Assembly (NCBI GenBank): GCA_050084515.1
Contig: CM114271.1
Location: forward strand, 32,240,001 to 32,304,000
Source: Blasia pusilla
Lineage: Eukaryota
Length of the DNA stretch: 64,000 bases
Direction: 5' to 3'
The position numbers and the translations under genes are program-made. Shown piece after piece: positions 37,301-50,962 of this stretch (position 1 is the stretch's first letter; the number at the start of each line of letters is the position of its first letter). The notes under the pieces are model-generated. The model searched no databases. It was not told the DNA's origin and worked only from the letters and a program-made list of their open reading frames with translations.

Positions 37301-39900
37301 ACGATGACCGGGTGTGGTCTCACCACCTGTCTCCACGCGAAACGTCTATTATCTTGAAGATATTTCTTCAACAATGACACATGAAAGGTTGGGTGAATCT
37401 TGAACTCATGCGGGAGCCTCAACGTATACACATCCTAAAACGGATTTGCCACAATCACATACGGTCCAACATACTTGGCAGACAGCTTTGCAGAAAATTC
37501 TTTTGGAAGAGTGAGGTTCTTGACACTCAACCACACTTGTTCTCCAACTTGGAATCGTACTTGGCGCCGACTCTTGTTAGCATGCTTAACGTACCTCATT
37601 TGAGCCTTTGCAAGACTTCGCCTCGCGCGCTCCTCCCGTTCTCGCATCTCTACCAACAAACCTTCTGCTGTCGCTTGTCGTGTTTGTGCCAATGTAGTAC
37701 CCTTCGAAAGGGGTAGATCAAGAGGCCCTTCTGGCTCTCGTCCATTTGCCAGGAGAAACGGAGATTCTCGATTTGCGAAATGCTTGGTCGAGTTGTAGCG
37801 ATACTCCGCCATGCTCACCACTTGACCCAATCGCGTTGATTAGCATCGACATAATTCCTTAAGTAGTGATTCACGATAGAGTTTACCTTTTAGTCCGTCC
37901 ATCCGTGCGTGGGTGGAAAGCGTCGTCTTGAAACTCAGCTTGGTCTTAAACCTTACGAACAAGTGCTTCGAAAGCACGGTAAACTTTGGATCCCGATCTG
38001 AAACAATGCTCCTCGGAAAACCATGAGTACGCCACCAGCTATCGAGGAATAGTTGCGCCGTCGTATATAAGCCGTTCGCTATGAATCCACCGTCGCACGA
38101 ATCTCGCCAACTTGCTAAACCGATCAAAAATCACAAGTATAGCGTTGTATCCTCAGATTCGGAAGACTCGTGATGAAATCCATACTCACACTTTGCAAGG
38201 GTCCTTCGGGATCGGCAAGGGATGCAACAAGCCTTGTTTCTTATCATAAGAGACTCTATTCGCTGGCGGAGTCACACTGGTCTTCACATATTGAGCAACA
38301 TCCTCTTTCATGTTGGGCGGAGAAGAACCGCTTTGTGAATGACTAGCGTAGATTTCTCTCCTTTATGTCCTGCCAAGGGCCCGTCGTGACACTCCGCTAA
38401 CACCTTGGTTCGCATCTGCCTTGCCCTACATAGATCCTACTCTGTTTGAACCTTAGTAAACCGTGCCTCAAACTTATGTTGGCCACCTTCTCCCCCCGCT
38501 TCAACTTCCTCGGTACTCCCTCGCTTGAGCATCCTTCATATATCCTTCACTTAATCCTTCTTTCCAGATCTGTTTCTTTAGGAACATTGCTCTCAAGCCC
38601 TGTGTCGTCGCATGGCATGTGTTCCTCCTTGCGACTTAACGATCTGGAATCACATTATCTTTACCTGGCTTGTGAATCAACTCAACATCCATCGCCAAGG
38701 TATCATGCCATCACTGATTGTTTGGTGTCACTCGTTCTGGGTCTTAAAATACTTGAGTGATATATTATCGGTGAATACTCGAGTCCTGTGGAGCCCTAGA
38801 TAATGCCGCCACTTCCTCAAGCAATGTACCACCGCAAACAACTCTTTCTCGTGAGTAGGCCATCTCTTTTCAGTATCGCTAAGCTTCTTGCTCTCATATG
38901 CCACCGGTCTCCCTTCTTGCACCAACATTCCTGCAACCGCGAAATCACTAGCATCGGTATGCACTTGAGCGGTTTGTCAAACTCGGCGCTTCAACACTTT
39001 GGTTCTTGCGATAGAATCGCTTCACTCGGTTGAATGCCTCATTAACTTCCTCGGTCCAAGTCGTGTTGGCAAACTTTCTTTGTCCAATCCGTGAGAGGTC
39101 TAACAATTCCGAAAAGTTTTTCACATAAATGCGATAAAATTGCACCGCACCTATGAACCTCCTCATCTCCTTTACAGTGGATGGGGATTCCCACTCGGAA
39201 ATCGCCTTCACCTTCTCTATGTCGGATCGACGCATCATTTGACCGACCACGTGACCCAAGAATTTGATCTTACTCAAACCAAATTCGCTCTTCTCTACAT
39301 TTGCATACAACCTGATTTGCCCTTAGCTTAGACAAGACCGCTCTCACATGTCGAACGTGCTCCTCTAGTGACTTCGAATAGATAAGTATGTCATCGATAT
39401 AGATGATAACATACTCATCCATTTCCTTGTGAAAAATGGAGTTCATCAATGTGGTGAATGTTGGAGGCGTGTTACATAGACCGAAAGGCATCACTACAAA
39501 CTCAAAGGAACCGTATCTCGTTCTGCACGCAATCTTCTCCACATCGCACCGGCAATCCGAATCTGGTAATATCCTGACTTCACGTCAATCCTATTGAAAT
39601 ATCTCGCTCCTGCCAGCCTATCAAAGAGATCATCTATCCTTGGAAGAGGATAATTTTTCCGAACCGTCACTTTGTTCAGTGCACGGTAATCAACAAACAG
39701 CCTCATCTTTCCATCCTTCTTCTTTACAAAGAGAACATGTGCTCCATAAGGTGACTTGCTAGTCCTAATGTAACCCTTTTCCAAGAGCTCACTTAACTGC
39801 TTTTTCATCTCAAGAAGTTCCTCCTGATTCAACCTATATGGTGCTTTTGAAGGCGGTTGGGAACCGGGTATGATCTCTATCTTATGATCTACGGCTCTAT

Positions 39901-40445
39901 AAGCACAACCGAGTTATACACACGAAGTTGTGAGAGATTTGAGTTTCTGCACTTCTAGATTTGAGCATTTCAGATCTGAATCTTGCCGAGGCCATAACTT
40001 TGAGGTGGAGTGTCATATGAAGCTGAAATTTGGAGGCGACTTGGAGTATAAAGAGGCTCCCTAGCCCTCAGATTTTCAAGCACAACCGAGTTATACACAC
40101 GAAGTTGTGAGAGATTTGAGTTTCTGCACTTCTAGATTTGAGCATTTCAGATCTGAATCTTGCCGAGGCCATAACTTTGAGGTGGAGTGGCATATGAAGC
40201 TGAGATTTGGAGGCGACGTGGAGTATAAAGAAGCTCCCTAGTCCTCAGATTTGCAAGCACAACCGAGTTATACACACGAAGTTTTGAGAGATTTGAGTTT
40301 CTGCACTTCTAGATTTGAGCATTTCAGATCTGAATCTTTCCGAGGCTATAACTTTGAGGTGGAGTGTTATATGAAGTTGAGATTTGGACTCAACGTGGAA
40401 TGTCTAGAGGCGTCTTAATCCTAGAAATTTCAAGTACAACCAATT
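39901..40445 (+). repeat. 177-bp tandem monomers at the LINE 5' end (3 units plus the start of a fourth)
   Basis: AAGCACAACC or a variant recurs at 39901, 40078, 40255 and 40432. Confidence 0.95.
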
Positions 40446-43400
40446 TCTAGAGCAGAAGTTGTGTGGTGTTGGAGATTCAATTATACTTTCTGGGATGCAG
40501 TGAAGTCGACTACAAGATGACCACTCAAGACGAAATCTTGAATGTAGTGCAAGTGGTCTTGCATGAAGTGAAAGAGCTTCGACAAGAATTCAAGGTACAA
40601 ACTTCTCAATTAAACCATGCACATATTCAAATCCGAGAGTTGAAGGCAACGCAAGAGGTTCGAAAGAAAGTGTTGAAAGATAGTTCTAGTGTGATCTTTG
40701 GATCTTTCCAAATCGGTTCGCGGATGTTCAAGAGAAGGCATCATCCTTGGTGACTTCTCCCAATAGTTCAGGATTGCATGAGGTTGTTGAAACTTTAGAA
40801 GTGAAAATGAAATCTTATCTTTGAAGCTACAAAGGTTGCTCATATCTCTTTCTGTCAAGAGCAAGAGATAGAAAAAAGAAAACCAATTTGCCCATAGAAA
40901 GAATGTGAGAATCTCGGGTTTCCGGAAACAGAGAGCGAAGAGGTGAAGAGTGTTGTCACCAAGTTCTTGGTTGATACACTTCATGTTCATAACCCGGACT
41001 TGGCTCAAGCTTTTCAGTATTGGAAAACGGGCACACAACCTCGTGCCATTCTAGTTAAGTTTGTTGATCAAACTCAACGTGAATCTTGCCATGGCTAACA
41101 AGGCCATTCTCAAGGACGGAGGATATGGTTGGATCCTGATCTCACACCTCTACAAGTCGAAGCTAGGAGAAAGGAGCTTGCAAAGGTCAAAGAGGCTCAA
41201 GAAGCAGGTTTTATTGCTTATCGTGATGGTCGAGCAATTGTTACCCCAGAGAAAAGAGAGTTATCAACCTAGCAATCCAAGAAGCTGAGAGTGTTGATGT
41301 GGAATATACGAGGCCTTTCAACAACAAAGTATGTAAGTGCTCTACCAATTTGGGAGATGGCAGATATTATTAATATTGTGGAGAGTTGGGAACATGAGAG
41401 CAATACTATTGCAGAGATGCAAGAGTTTACTTTGGTAGGATCGACATGGAACCAAAGAAGGCAACGGGCGAGGAAGGGTTATGGCGGTATTGCTACTTTC
41501 ATCAGGTCTCAATTTCTACCTCTCATTCATCTAGAAGATCAAGATATCGGGGGTCAATATCATTGGCTACGTCTTGGTTTGGTTGGGGGATCTTATTGTT
41601 ATTTGGTAATTTGTTATTTTGCACCACTCTCCATGCCTATCTACTCAACACGCACTCACAATCGAAGTCAACCGTTCCATTGACTTATTGGGGATGTTCT
41701 CAAATATCAAAGCAAAGGTGAAGTCTTTCTAGTTGGAGATTTCAATGCCGCACACGCATCTTTGCTCAATTTACCCAATTGGTGATTCCTTGATTTCTCC
41801 TCTTCTCGAAGAATATGAGGATGGTTTATGGTCTAGAATCTCTTCAGATCTTTCTACAAATCCTTTGATAGTGTATTTTTTAACCTTTGGATCCACTTGT
41901 AATTTGAAAGTTCTTAATGGAACCTCTCATTTTCCCAACTCTCACTCCAATACGTGTTTCTCCTCTCTGGCGCTAGCACCATCGATTATCTTCTGTCCTC
42001 GCCCACGTGATAGCTCTCTTATCTCTACATTTGATATTCTAGAACCTCGGCTGAATCGGATCATGCACCTCTCTTGTTTACTCTCTCATTTTGTCAAAGG
42101 AAATTCCTCTCTCGACATGTCAATCTATTTTAGCTTCTCCCAAGTTTCGCTTAGATCCTGGAAAAAAAGATCTTTATATGCTACATTTACAAGAACACTT
42201 GACTCGCATTGTATGGAGCCCTGATCCAAACATGGCAAGTATGCAACTAACGGAATTGCTCAAAAAAAGTGCATCTAAGTTCTTTTTTGCGCCCACAGGG
42301 ATAGAAGTGCTAGGAGGTGCCTTGTAATGGGTGGTTTGACTCGAATGCAAGCAAGCAAGGGCACGAGCAGCTGATAAATCTTTGGATATCCCAAGTCGGC
42401 TTATTATGACGAGCCTTTACAAATACTTGGTGAAATCTAAGAAACGAGCTTTCTTGCGGCGAAAACAAGAGTCCTTCACAAGGAAGCTGCATGAGGACCC
42501 CAAATCATTTTGGCGACGGTTAGTAGTACGGTCTTCAAAACCTATTCTTGATCCCAAGTCTTTGATATCTTTTGCCGAAAAGCTCTATTTCTTCCCCGAT
42601 GCTACGTCTATGCCACGTTGTGAAGGAATACCTGGCTTATTCTCTGAAGGAGAGGTGATGACTCAACTAAGAAGATTGGCGAATGGTACATGTGAGGATT
42701 TGGATGGTCTTTCTATTGAACTTTTCAAGTGGGGAGGAGATTGTATTGGACCGATCCTCACCAAATTATTGGGTGATCTTTGCTATCTATGGTTTTCCTT
42801 CAACCTGGTCGCTACGGAGATTGTCCCTATTCACAAATCAGGAAGGAAGGACTTGGTAACAAACTATCGCACTATCATGGTGGGTAGTGTTTTTGCCAAG
42901 TTGTTTGGGAAATTGGTGGAGTCGAAGTTGAGCACATGGACAGAGTCTTTCCAAAAGAGAGCACGGGTCCAAGCTGGTTTTCGTCCAACATACAACACCA
43001 TCGACCATATCTTGGCCTTGCGTGTTTTATGGGAGAAATCTAAGGGCAATGGAAAAGCTTTGTTTAGCGGCTTCATCGATTTCAAGAAAGCTTTTGATAT
43101 TGTACCTCATGAGCTCTTATGGGAAAGGTTGCAAGCCATTGGAGTTCCACAAAATCTCCTAGCAGCCGTGGCCACGTTATACCATTCCGTTCGGGCCAAG
43201 ATCAAAGGTTCACAAAATCAAGAGATCTTGAGCACCATTGGAGTCATTCAAGGTTGCCCTCTGTCCCCTACACTTTTTGGAGTTTTCATAGATGATATCG
43301 AAAAGTGGTTGGAGGAATGTGATAGTGAAGGGGTCAAGCTTGGGGACTTTGTCATCAAAGCTCTATTGTATGCAGATGATATCATATTACTAGCACGTGA

Positions 43401-44641
43401 TGGCATTAGTTTACAAAAGCACCTCGACACTTTGGCAAGGTTTTGTACCCAGAATCAGATGGAGGTTAATATGGAGAAGTCTAAAGTCATTATAGTGGGT
43501 ACTAGATCCAAGTTCTCGTTCTTTTACAAAGGTTCTCGTTCTTTTACAAAGGCTCTCGTTCTTTTACAAAGTGAAGAGTTACAAATATCTATGCATCGAT
43601 TTCTCTCATGACTATAGTTGGGCACTTTGCGTGCAAAAGAGAGTAGAAGCTGGTTACAAAGCTCTATATTCATTTTTAAACCGGTGTAGAAGAGCTCATC
43701 TTGTGTCTTGGAGTCTTAGGAAATTCTTATTTAGGAGCTTAGTGTTGCCGGTGGTCTTATATGGGACCCAAGTTTGGGGCCCTAGTTGTAAGAAGACAGG
43801 TTGGGAGCGCGTGGAAAGAGTGCAAAAGATCTTTCTACAAGAAGAATTGGGTGTAAGAAACCAAACTCCGTATGCTATTCTTCTTGCGGAAACAGGTTTT
43901 CTTCCTCTAGAAGCTGAAGCTCTTTACTTGACCATCAATTACATCGCAAGGGTGAGATCTCTTGATGTTTCTCGCCTCCCTCATCAAGCTTTGCGAGCCA
44001 CATGTTCCATAGGGTGGATGGCGGATGTGGTGACTTGGTCTTCAAAGTGGAATGTGGCAGAACGCGATTGGGACTTGAAACCGATGGCCCTCCGTGAGCA
44101 TCTCTGAAGCAATCTCTCAACATCATTTGGAGCGGTCACGGGCACCAAAATGGAGTTTTATCAACTTCATGTTAATCCTATGCTTGTATATTGTGAACAA
44201 GGATACCTACTTGGGGATCTCCACGTTCTTACGACATATTATCGCACGTCATAGAACTGGGTCTCATAGGCTAGGAATTGAGGAAGGACGATGGTTTAAA
44301 ATTGATAGAAGTGAACGAATTTGTAGGTTATGTGACGGAGAAAATATTGAGGATGAAGAGCATGTGTTTGTTACATGTCCAAGGTATGGAGAAATAAGAC
44401 TAGCTCATAAAATAGATGTGGAGAATTTCTATTCTTTACTACAACTAGTGCCTTATGATTTAGGTTGTTATATTAGGGACGTCATCATTCATCGCTCAAG
44501 TGCTCTAGGCTGTAGCTAGGAGAAGGTCTTAAGGATCTTTTTCAGGGTCAGTCAATGAATGACTTGTAATGTGTTTTTCAGCCTTTTGACCCTTTGGGTC
44601 CCACGGGCTTGATCTATTTACCATTTACCATTTACCATTTA
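39901..44641 (+). mobile_element. Full-length RTE-X-like LINE, copy 2, inserted in the pol of element C
   Basis: 5' monomers; ORF1 from about 40517 (coiled coil, PRAILVKF, WLDPDL); ORF2 about 41291-44519 (APE WNIRG/GDFNA, RT YADD, CCHC-type finger); tail TTTACCA x3. CTAT flanks both ends, and removing the LINE restores [13 protein letters not shown] in the host pol. Confidence 0.95.
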
Positions 44642-47600
44642 CTATGCGGTAGCAATTCAGTCGGAAGCTCATTTGTCAAGACATCCTCAAACTCCTGGAC
44701 CACTTCCTGGAGTGGTTCTGGGATTCCCCTTGAGGCAGCGTCCTGATCTCTGCGTATACTGCTTGTAGCCTCCTCCACTTGTGTCATCAAGCAGAGAAAT
44801 CCATCCTCCAACTCAGTCATGCTCCTCCTTGTGATCGAGTTCACTAACTCCATTTTCGCTGGAACCTCACGGACCAACCGCACCTGTAACCGTTTGCCTT
44901 TTAGCAAGACGCTCAACCTCAAGGGTCTACGTCTTAACTCCACCTCATACGCATCTAGGAATGTATTCCCCAAGACTCCGTCAATGCCATCCATTTCGCA
45001 CACAGTGAAATTCTCCTTCAACTCGAATACCCCGCATCCTACTGTCAAACCCAAGACCAAATCAGAAGTCCGATGAGACTTGCCTCCTGCAAATCCTACT
45101 TGAATGGGCTCATCCGCCTTAGAGGTAGAGAGCCCTAGTTCCTTCACGATTCTCGGGCTTAGGAAGGAGTGCGAAGCATCTGTATCCACGAGCAACAACA
45201 CATCGCGATCAGCAATCTTGGATCTTAGGTACACCAAATTGTGCGTCCTCTTGGTGACTTGAAGGGACGTCTCGAGATCGCCCGCCAACAGATGCTTAGC
45301 AGCAAACACAATCATACTCCCATTACTAACCTTCAGTTTCGAACACCCTTTGCCAGGTGTCCAGGTTCGCCATAGTTGTAGCATACTACCTTGCCGTTCC
45401 CTGACTTTGAGTGTTGTCCTCCTTTCGGTTTCGCATGAAGTTCCACTCATTTTGCTGTCGGGGGAGACGACTCTCCTGGTTCGTGCTGGCCCCCACTCCA
45501 ACCTCTTTTGAACGCCTACTTATTTTTTGACTTCTTCGAAAAACCTTTTGGCTCGAAGGGTTTCTGGGTTTGGACCTCATCGTCCCCAATCCGCTCCGCT
45601 AGCCTCAGAAGATCCGCGCAGGTCTCTGGCAACGTCGACATTCGGTAAAGGGCCTTTTCAGCGCTCGGCTTGAGTCCACTTATGAAGATAGCCTTCTTCG
45701 CGTGCTCATCCATCTTTGGACTAGAAGTCAGTTTTGCACTAAAATCCCTCACATACGCGCTTAAGGAACCACTCTGCCTCATCCGCACGCATTCCACTGT
45801 GTCGCGCAACCCTTGGTACTCCGGAGTGAACCGATCCCCTATCAACTCCTTGAACTCCTCCCAACTCAGAGGTGACTCACCGCCCAGATATTCCTCTCGT
45901 TGAGCTGTCCACCATTGTAGAGCATGATCCTTTAGGAAAGTAACGGCTACCGTCACCTTGTCCTGCTCAGCTGCCCTCTGCGCCTCGTCTGATTCGATTC
46001 CGTATGAAATCCTTCACTTTTCATGGCGCCCCACTCCAAAGTGAATGGTGTGGGCAGGTTTGTCTTGCGAGCTTTTTGCCCGCACCGGGGTTCGAGTGGC
46101 CTCTAACTCTGCAATCCGCTTGCTTTCTTTGGGACATCTGCTCCACCAACACCTTCAACAAGTCCAACGTCTGGCTCGACTCGGTCCGTTCCCCTCAGTT
46201 TGGGCCCATTGGCCCCGCGGAAGGATTCGCCCCCGGAACGTCCTCACGACTGGCGTTCAGCTCTTCGGGAGTCTCCGTCTCCTCTATAGCTTCACGGTCC
46301 GGCATTGGTTCCTCTCTTGGTTCACGTCGCTTGATTCGGCGCTTCTTGGTTGTTCTCCCTCGATCGCCATTTCCAAGCCAACTCACTCGATCTCTCCTCG
46401 TTTCTTGCGTCCCTCCTCGGCGCCGAGTCTAGCCGCTACCTTTGAGTTTCCCCAAGCGTCCGGTTGATCCCACGACCCCAAGTTCTCGCTCACCAAGGAT
46501 TAGCTCTGATACCACTCGTCGCACCCCTACTCTCCTTGAACGTCAATCTTTAGTGTTGCGGAAGCGTACGTTGAGTAGGTCATTTAACTCATCTCGATCT
46601 GCACCCAAACACGCACTCTCGTTAGTCGGGTGCAGGCCAACCAGCGTTCAACCCACCGAGTCCTCAACTCGGCGTCTCATCAAGCTCAACCTTCCTTAGT
46701 TCCTAGTTTCCAAAACATGGCAAGTCCTTCAAGACTTGGAACAGACTTCCTGGTTAGTCTAGGGATCTGAAACGGCCCTTGCGCGCCTAGCGATCCCAAC
46801 TGTTAAACAGTCCTCGGGTGAGTTCCGAACCGAGACCCTAATTGAGTCGCGGGGTGGAATCCAAGAGGGTTGTCTAAAATCGCCTCAATGGAATTGGTGC
46901 AGGTTTTCAACCCAACCCCAAACTCGCGTTCCGTTCCATGCCCTTGGGCCGCCCCGCGGCGCCCAAAGTGGGGTTTGGGTTCCAAGCACTCTCGGAGACC
47001 TTCCCCCTTACTAGTACTTCTGGGATTCTCCAATAGACCGGCTCTCCATAAGCTTTCCAACGCACCCTTATTTGTTCCAAACGCATCTTGGCGCTAAAAG
47101 TTATGGCCATAAATACAGTCGGAAACTCTCAAACGCTAGTGGCGTTCCAAATCGGATCTTTCCTTTGGCAACCCACTTCCTAGACTCGACTTCTTTCAAG
47201 TCTCATTCGCGTTTGGTCCAGGTTTCTCAGTCGCGACCAAAACATCTGAAACGCGACTCCTCGCTCGCGTCTCGTCTCTTGTCTCCTCTTTGAGACAACT
47301 CCAACGCCGCATAAACCATCTTAGCGTGAGCCCGCTAATGTTCGATGTTCCGCTTGGCACTTGTTTGGTCATGAGGGTCGTGACACTCACCCCTCTTTTA
47401 GAGGTTGATGCCCTCATCAACGCAAACCTTTGTTATGTCAAGTCTCCTGGGCAGCCTACCCCTTGACATTGAATTGCGTTCTGGTGGCTCACCCGCAATT
47501 CCTCTGAGTCTCTAGTTGTCGCTTTGCCCCACTTAGAATTATTAGCCTCTCCTCTTTGAGACAACTCCAACGCGCAAACCATCTAAGCGTGAGCCCGCTA

Positions 47601-48040
47601 ATGTTCCGATGTTCCGCTTGGCACTTGCTTGGTCATGAGGGTTGCGACAACAGCGGTGCCAGGGATGACTGAGGCATCCTGGAGACAGGTGTTGGGGCAG
47701 GCGATGGACCTCAATTGTCTCACATGGAGAGTCACACATGGATAGTCAGCAGAGACGGATGCAAGTGTCATCCATGCCGTCACGTCCACGAGTTGGACCA
47801 TTGCCTACAAGGTCTGTACAGGCATTGGATGGGGGCCAGACGAGGAGAGATAGGCACCCATGGACTTCGTGGGACGTCGTTTGAGCAGAGAGTGCGAAGG
47901 CGGCTAGAGTATCGTATGTTCATTTTTTGGATGTGGAGCATGGTGTAGGAGGTTAGAGTGGAGTGGCTGTTGCGGAGGTGGCTAGGGTTGCTACATAGCA
48001 ACCAAAGCCGGAGGTTGCGTCCTCTCCGAGCGAGATCACG

Positions 48041-50950
48041 ATGGAGACTTGGGAGCCTGTGATAGGTCTCAAGTTGATAGGAGGAGAGCGACGGCGAGTT
48101 CATAGGTTTCTGAGATGGCATGTCAGTTGTTTTGCCTTTAGTATGAGAGACTTGGGTACGCTGAAGGGTCCTGGGATACGGATTGAGTTGGCTAGTGACA
48201 CGCCGATCTTTCATCGACCCTACAAGTATTTTGATATGGAGCGAGCCTTGATTCAGAGCAGGAGTCAAGACTTGTTGGAGGCAGGACTTATGGAGTTATC
48301 ACATGGGGAGTATGCATCTGCCATAGTCATGCCGACGAAGAAGGATATGTATGGCAATTGGACGGATAGGCGGTTGTGTGGAGATTACCGTCCTATCAAC
48401 CGACAGACAAGGTCAGATCGGTACGCCATGCCTACTCCTGAGGAGATCTTTGATGCGGTAGGGCATGCAAAGATCTTCAGTACTTTAGATCTCCGTGCTG
48501 GCTATCATCAGCTTCCTATCAGGTTGGAGGACAGGGAGAAGACAACATTCTGGGGGATAGATCGGTTTGGGAGAGATTGCATGTATCAGTGGCGGTTCTT
48601 ACCATTTGGGTTGAAGAACGCACCTGCAGAGTTTCAGAGAGTGATGGATAGGATTTTGGCTGGCTTGGATTTTGTACGATGTTACATAGATGATATTCTT
48701 ATCTTCAGTTCCACGGTTGAGGAGCATGAGCGACACTTGGAGGAGGTGTTTCGGCGATTGCAGTTACATGGACTGAAGTTACATCCAGGCAAGTGCAGAT
48801 TCTTTTAGGAGCAGATTGATTACTTGGGACACACCATATACCCGAGTGGGTTAGGCGTTCAATAGACGAAGGTAGAGGCTATTGCGCAAATTCCACGCCC
48901 TACAGATGTGAATCGAGTCTGAGCATTTCTTGGACTAGCGAACTTCTATCGACGGTATGCCAAGGGTTTTAGTGCGATCGCAAAGTCTTTGACCTTGTTG
49001 ACGAGACTTGATCAGGTTTGGTTGTGGGGAGATGATCAGGAGCGAGCATTTCAGGAGCTCAAGGACAGGTTGACATCCTCACCCATTTTATAGAGACCGA
49101 TTAGGGGTCGCCCATTCCAGTTACATACAGATTGGAGCATGTTGGGTCTAGGAGCAGTGATTACTCAGAGGGATGACGAGGAGAGGGAGTTTGTTGTGGC
49201 TTACGCGAGCCGATTGAACAACATTGCAGAGGCAAAGTACAACTCCTACGAGGGAGAGTGCTTGGCTGCAGTGTGGGCCGTGGCACATTTCATGTGCTAT
49301 TTATTCGGCAACCCTTTCACACTTATCACTGATCATCAGCCGTTGAGGTGGTTGATGGAGTCCGACAAGCTTACGGGAAAGCTTGCCAGGTGGGCTCTAT
49401 TACTACAGGAGTATGAGTTTGACGTGGTTCATAGGCTAGGTCGGCTGAACCAGGATGCGGATGGGTTGAATCGTAACCCATGTCTGAGTCAGAGAGACGA
49501 CACAGGAGCTCGATGGCACGGAGAGAGTGATGAGGAGATGGTGCCCGGTTGGCATGCATCTGCCTATCTTTGTTGGTTGACTATGGCAGGTCAGCCATAG
49601 GTGATGACTCTAGTGGTGGGGTTGGATCATGAGTCTTTGGATCCGGAGGTTAGTCGTGATATCCATGACGATGTGGAGGTTGTGGAGTTCTTGCAATTTG
49701 GCGTCATTGCGTAGTACAAAGTGAGTCTTTGGGGAGCGGATCGGATCCTCTGAGAGAGCCAAGAGGTTCAGGTGGGAGGGGACTCACATTTTGCGGGTAT
49801 GGGGAGATGGTAGGATACGAGTGGTACCTCATCCTTCCCAGAAAGCACGTGCAGTGCGACATGCCCATGAGGAGTTGGGACATTTCGGAGTAAAGCGTAC
49901 TTACAACTTACTCCAGGTTCAGTATTGGTGGCGCGGCATGCATACTGGGGTACAACAGTTTGTGGCCAGATGTATGGTATGTGACAGAGTGCGAGCATCC
50001 TTCAATGCTCCCACTCCGCAGTTACATCCTTTGCCGATTATGGATTTAGGTTATCGGTGGAGTTTAGACTTTGCGAGACCTTTGCCATTGACAGGACGTC
50101 ATCATAGGTACGTGTTGGTCATGGTGGAGCATTTCTCCAAGTGGATAGAGTTGGTGGCACTACCAGACAAGGCGAGCGAGGGAACAGCTTATGCGTTTCT
50201 AGATCGTGTGCTTAGTCACTTTGGTGCACCGGCGGAGGTGTTGACTGACCAGGGTACCGAGTTCAGGGGAGAGTTTCAGGCCTTGTGTGATCAGGCGTTG
50301 ATAGATCACCGCACCACGTCCAGAGATCATCCTGAGGCGGATGGGTTGGCGGAGAGAGTGGTACAGATGGTGAAGAGAGATTGCGCAAGTATGGCTTGCA
50401 GCGGGGACAATTGAGGGAGTGGGACCTACAATTGCCATGGTTGGCTATGGATTATCGCTTTAGTCGGCAGGCATCCTTGGCATCATTTTCATCGTACTTT
50501 TTGCTCTTTGGGAGAGAGCCAGATTTACCTGCAGCGATTTGACGTGACATGGCGGAGGTGTTAGATCTTGATGATCCACATGTGTGGGTACAAGCATGTT
50601 CTCAGAGGGTAGAAATTTTTCGTAGAGTTATGCCTATGGCCTTTGAGAACTTAGCTATTGCCCAGCATAGAGATATATTGAGGTACGCGACCATTCGTGG
50701 AGGAGATTATCGTCCACGGATTAGGAGATTTCATCATGGAGATTAGGTGTACTTATAGCAGGCGGCACCCACGATGCTAGATGTCACTGCAGGGCACACC
50801 ATCCTACGTGTGCGCGAGGTATTACCGACCGGAGTCCTCATGTTGGAGGGACGGGATGGTATGGTTTGGAAGGATCATGTGCGCAATTGTGCGCCATGTC
50901 ATCTTCCGAATGTAGATGGGACGGTGGATCCGAGCTTGGCAGTGGTACCT
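48041..50950 (+). pseudogene. RT-RNaseH-integrase of copy B (in-frame stops)
   Basis: RT YIDD; RNaseH DWS..GLGAV, DHQPL; integrase HEELGH...CMVC, WSLDF, LTDQGTEF, ADGLAER. Confidence 0.95.
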
Positions 50951-50962
50951 GCAGACTTGAGA

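Larger units (their letters stand above)
35426..47649 (-). mobile_element. Chromovirus (Galadriel-like) Ty3/gypsy element C, inserted in copy B
   Basis: 3' LTR 35426-36420, PPT 36421-36437, PBS-Met 46503-46514, LTR 46517-47385. Gag 45516-46386, protease LVDTDASHSF, RT ([12 protein letters not shown]), RNaseH TDASDFA, integrase and chromodomain. TSD ACAAC/ACAGC. The clade assignment rests on motif wording only. Confidence 0.93.

Noticed and set aside
39901-40445. 177-bp repeats as a CRISPR-like array
   Set aside because: The units are homologous over their full length with no unique spacers, and the context is a eukaryotic LINE.
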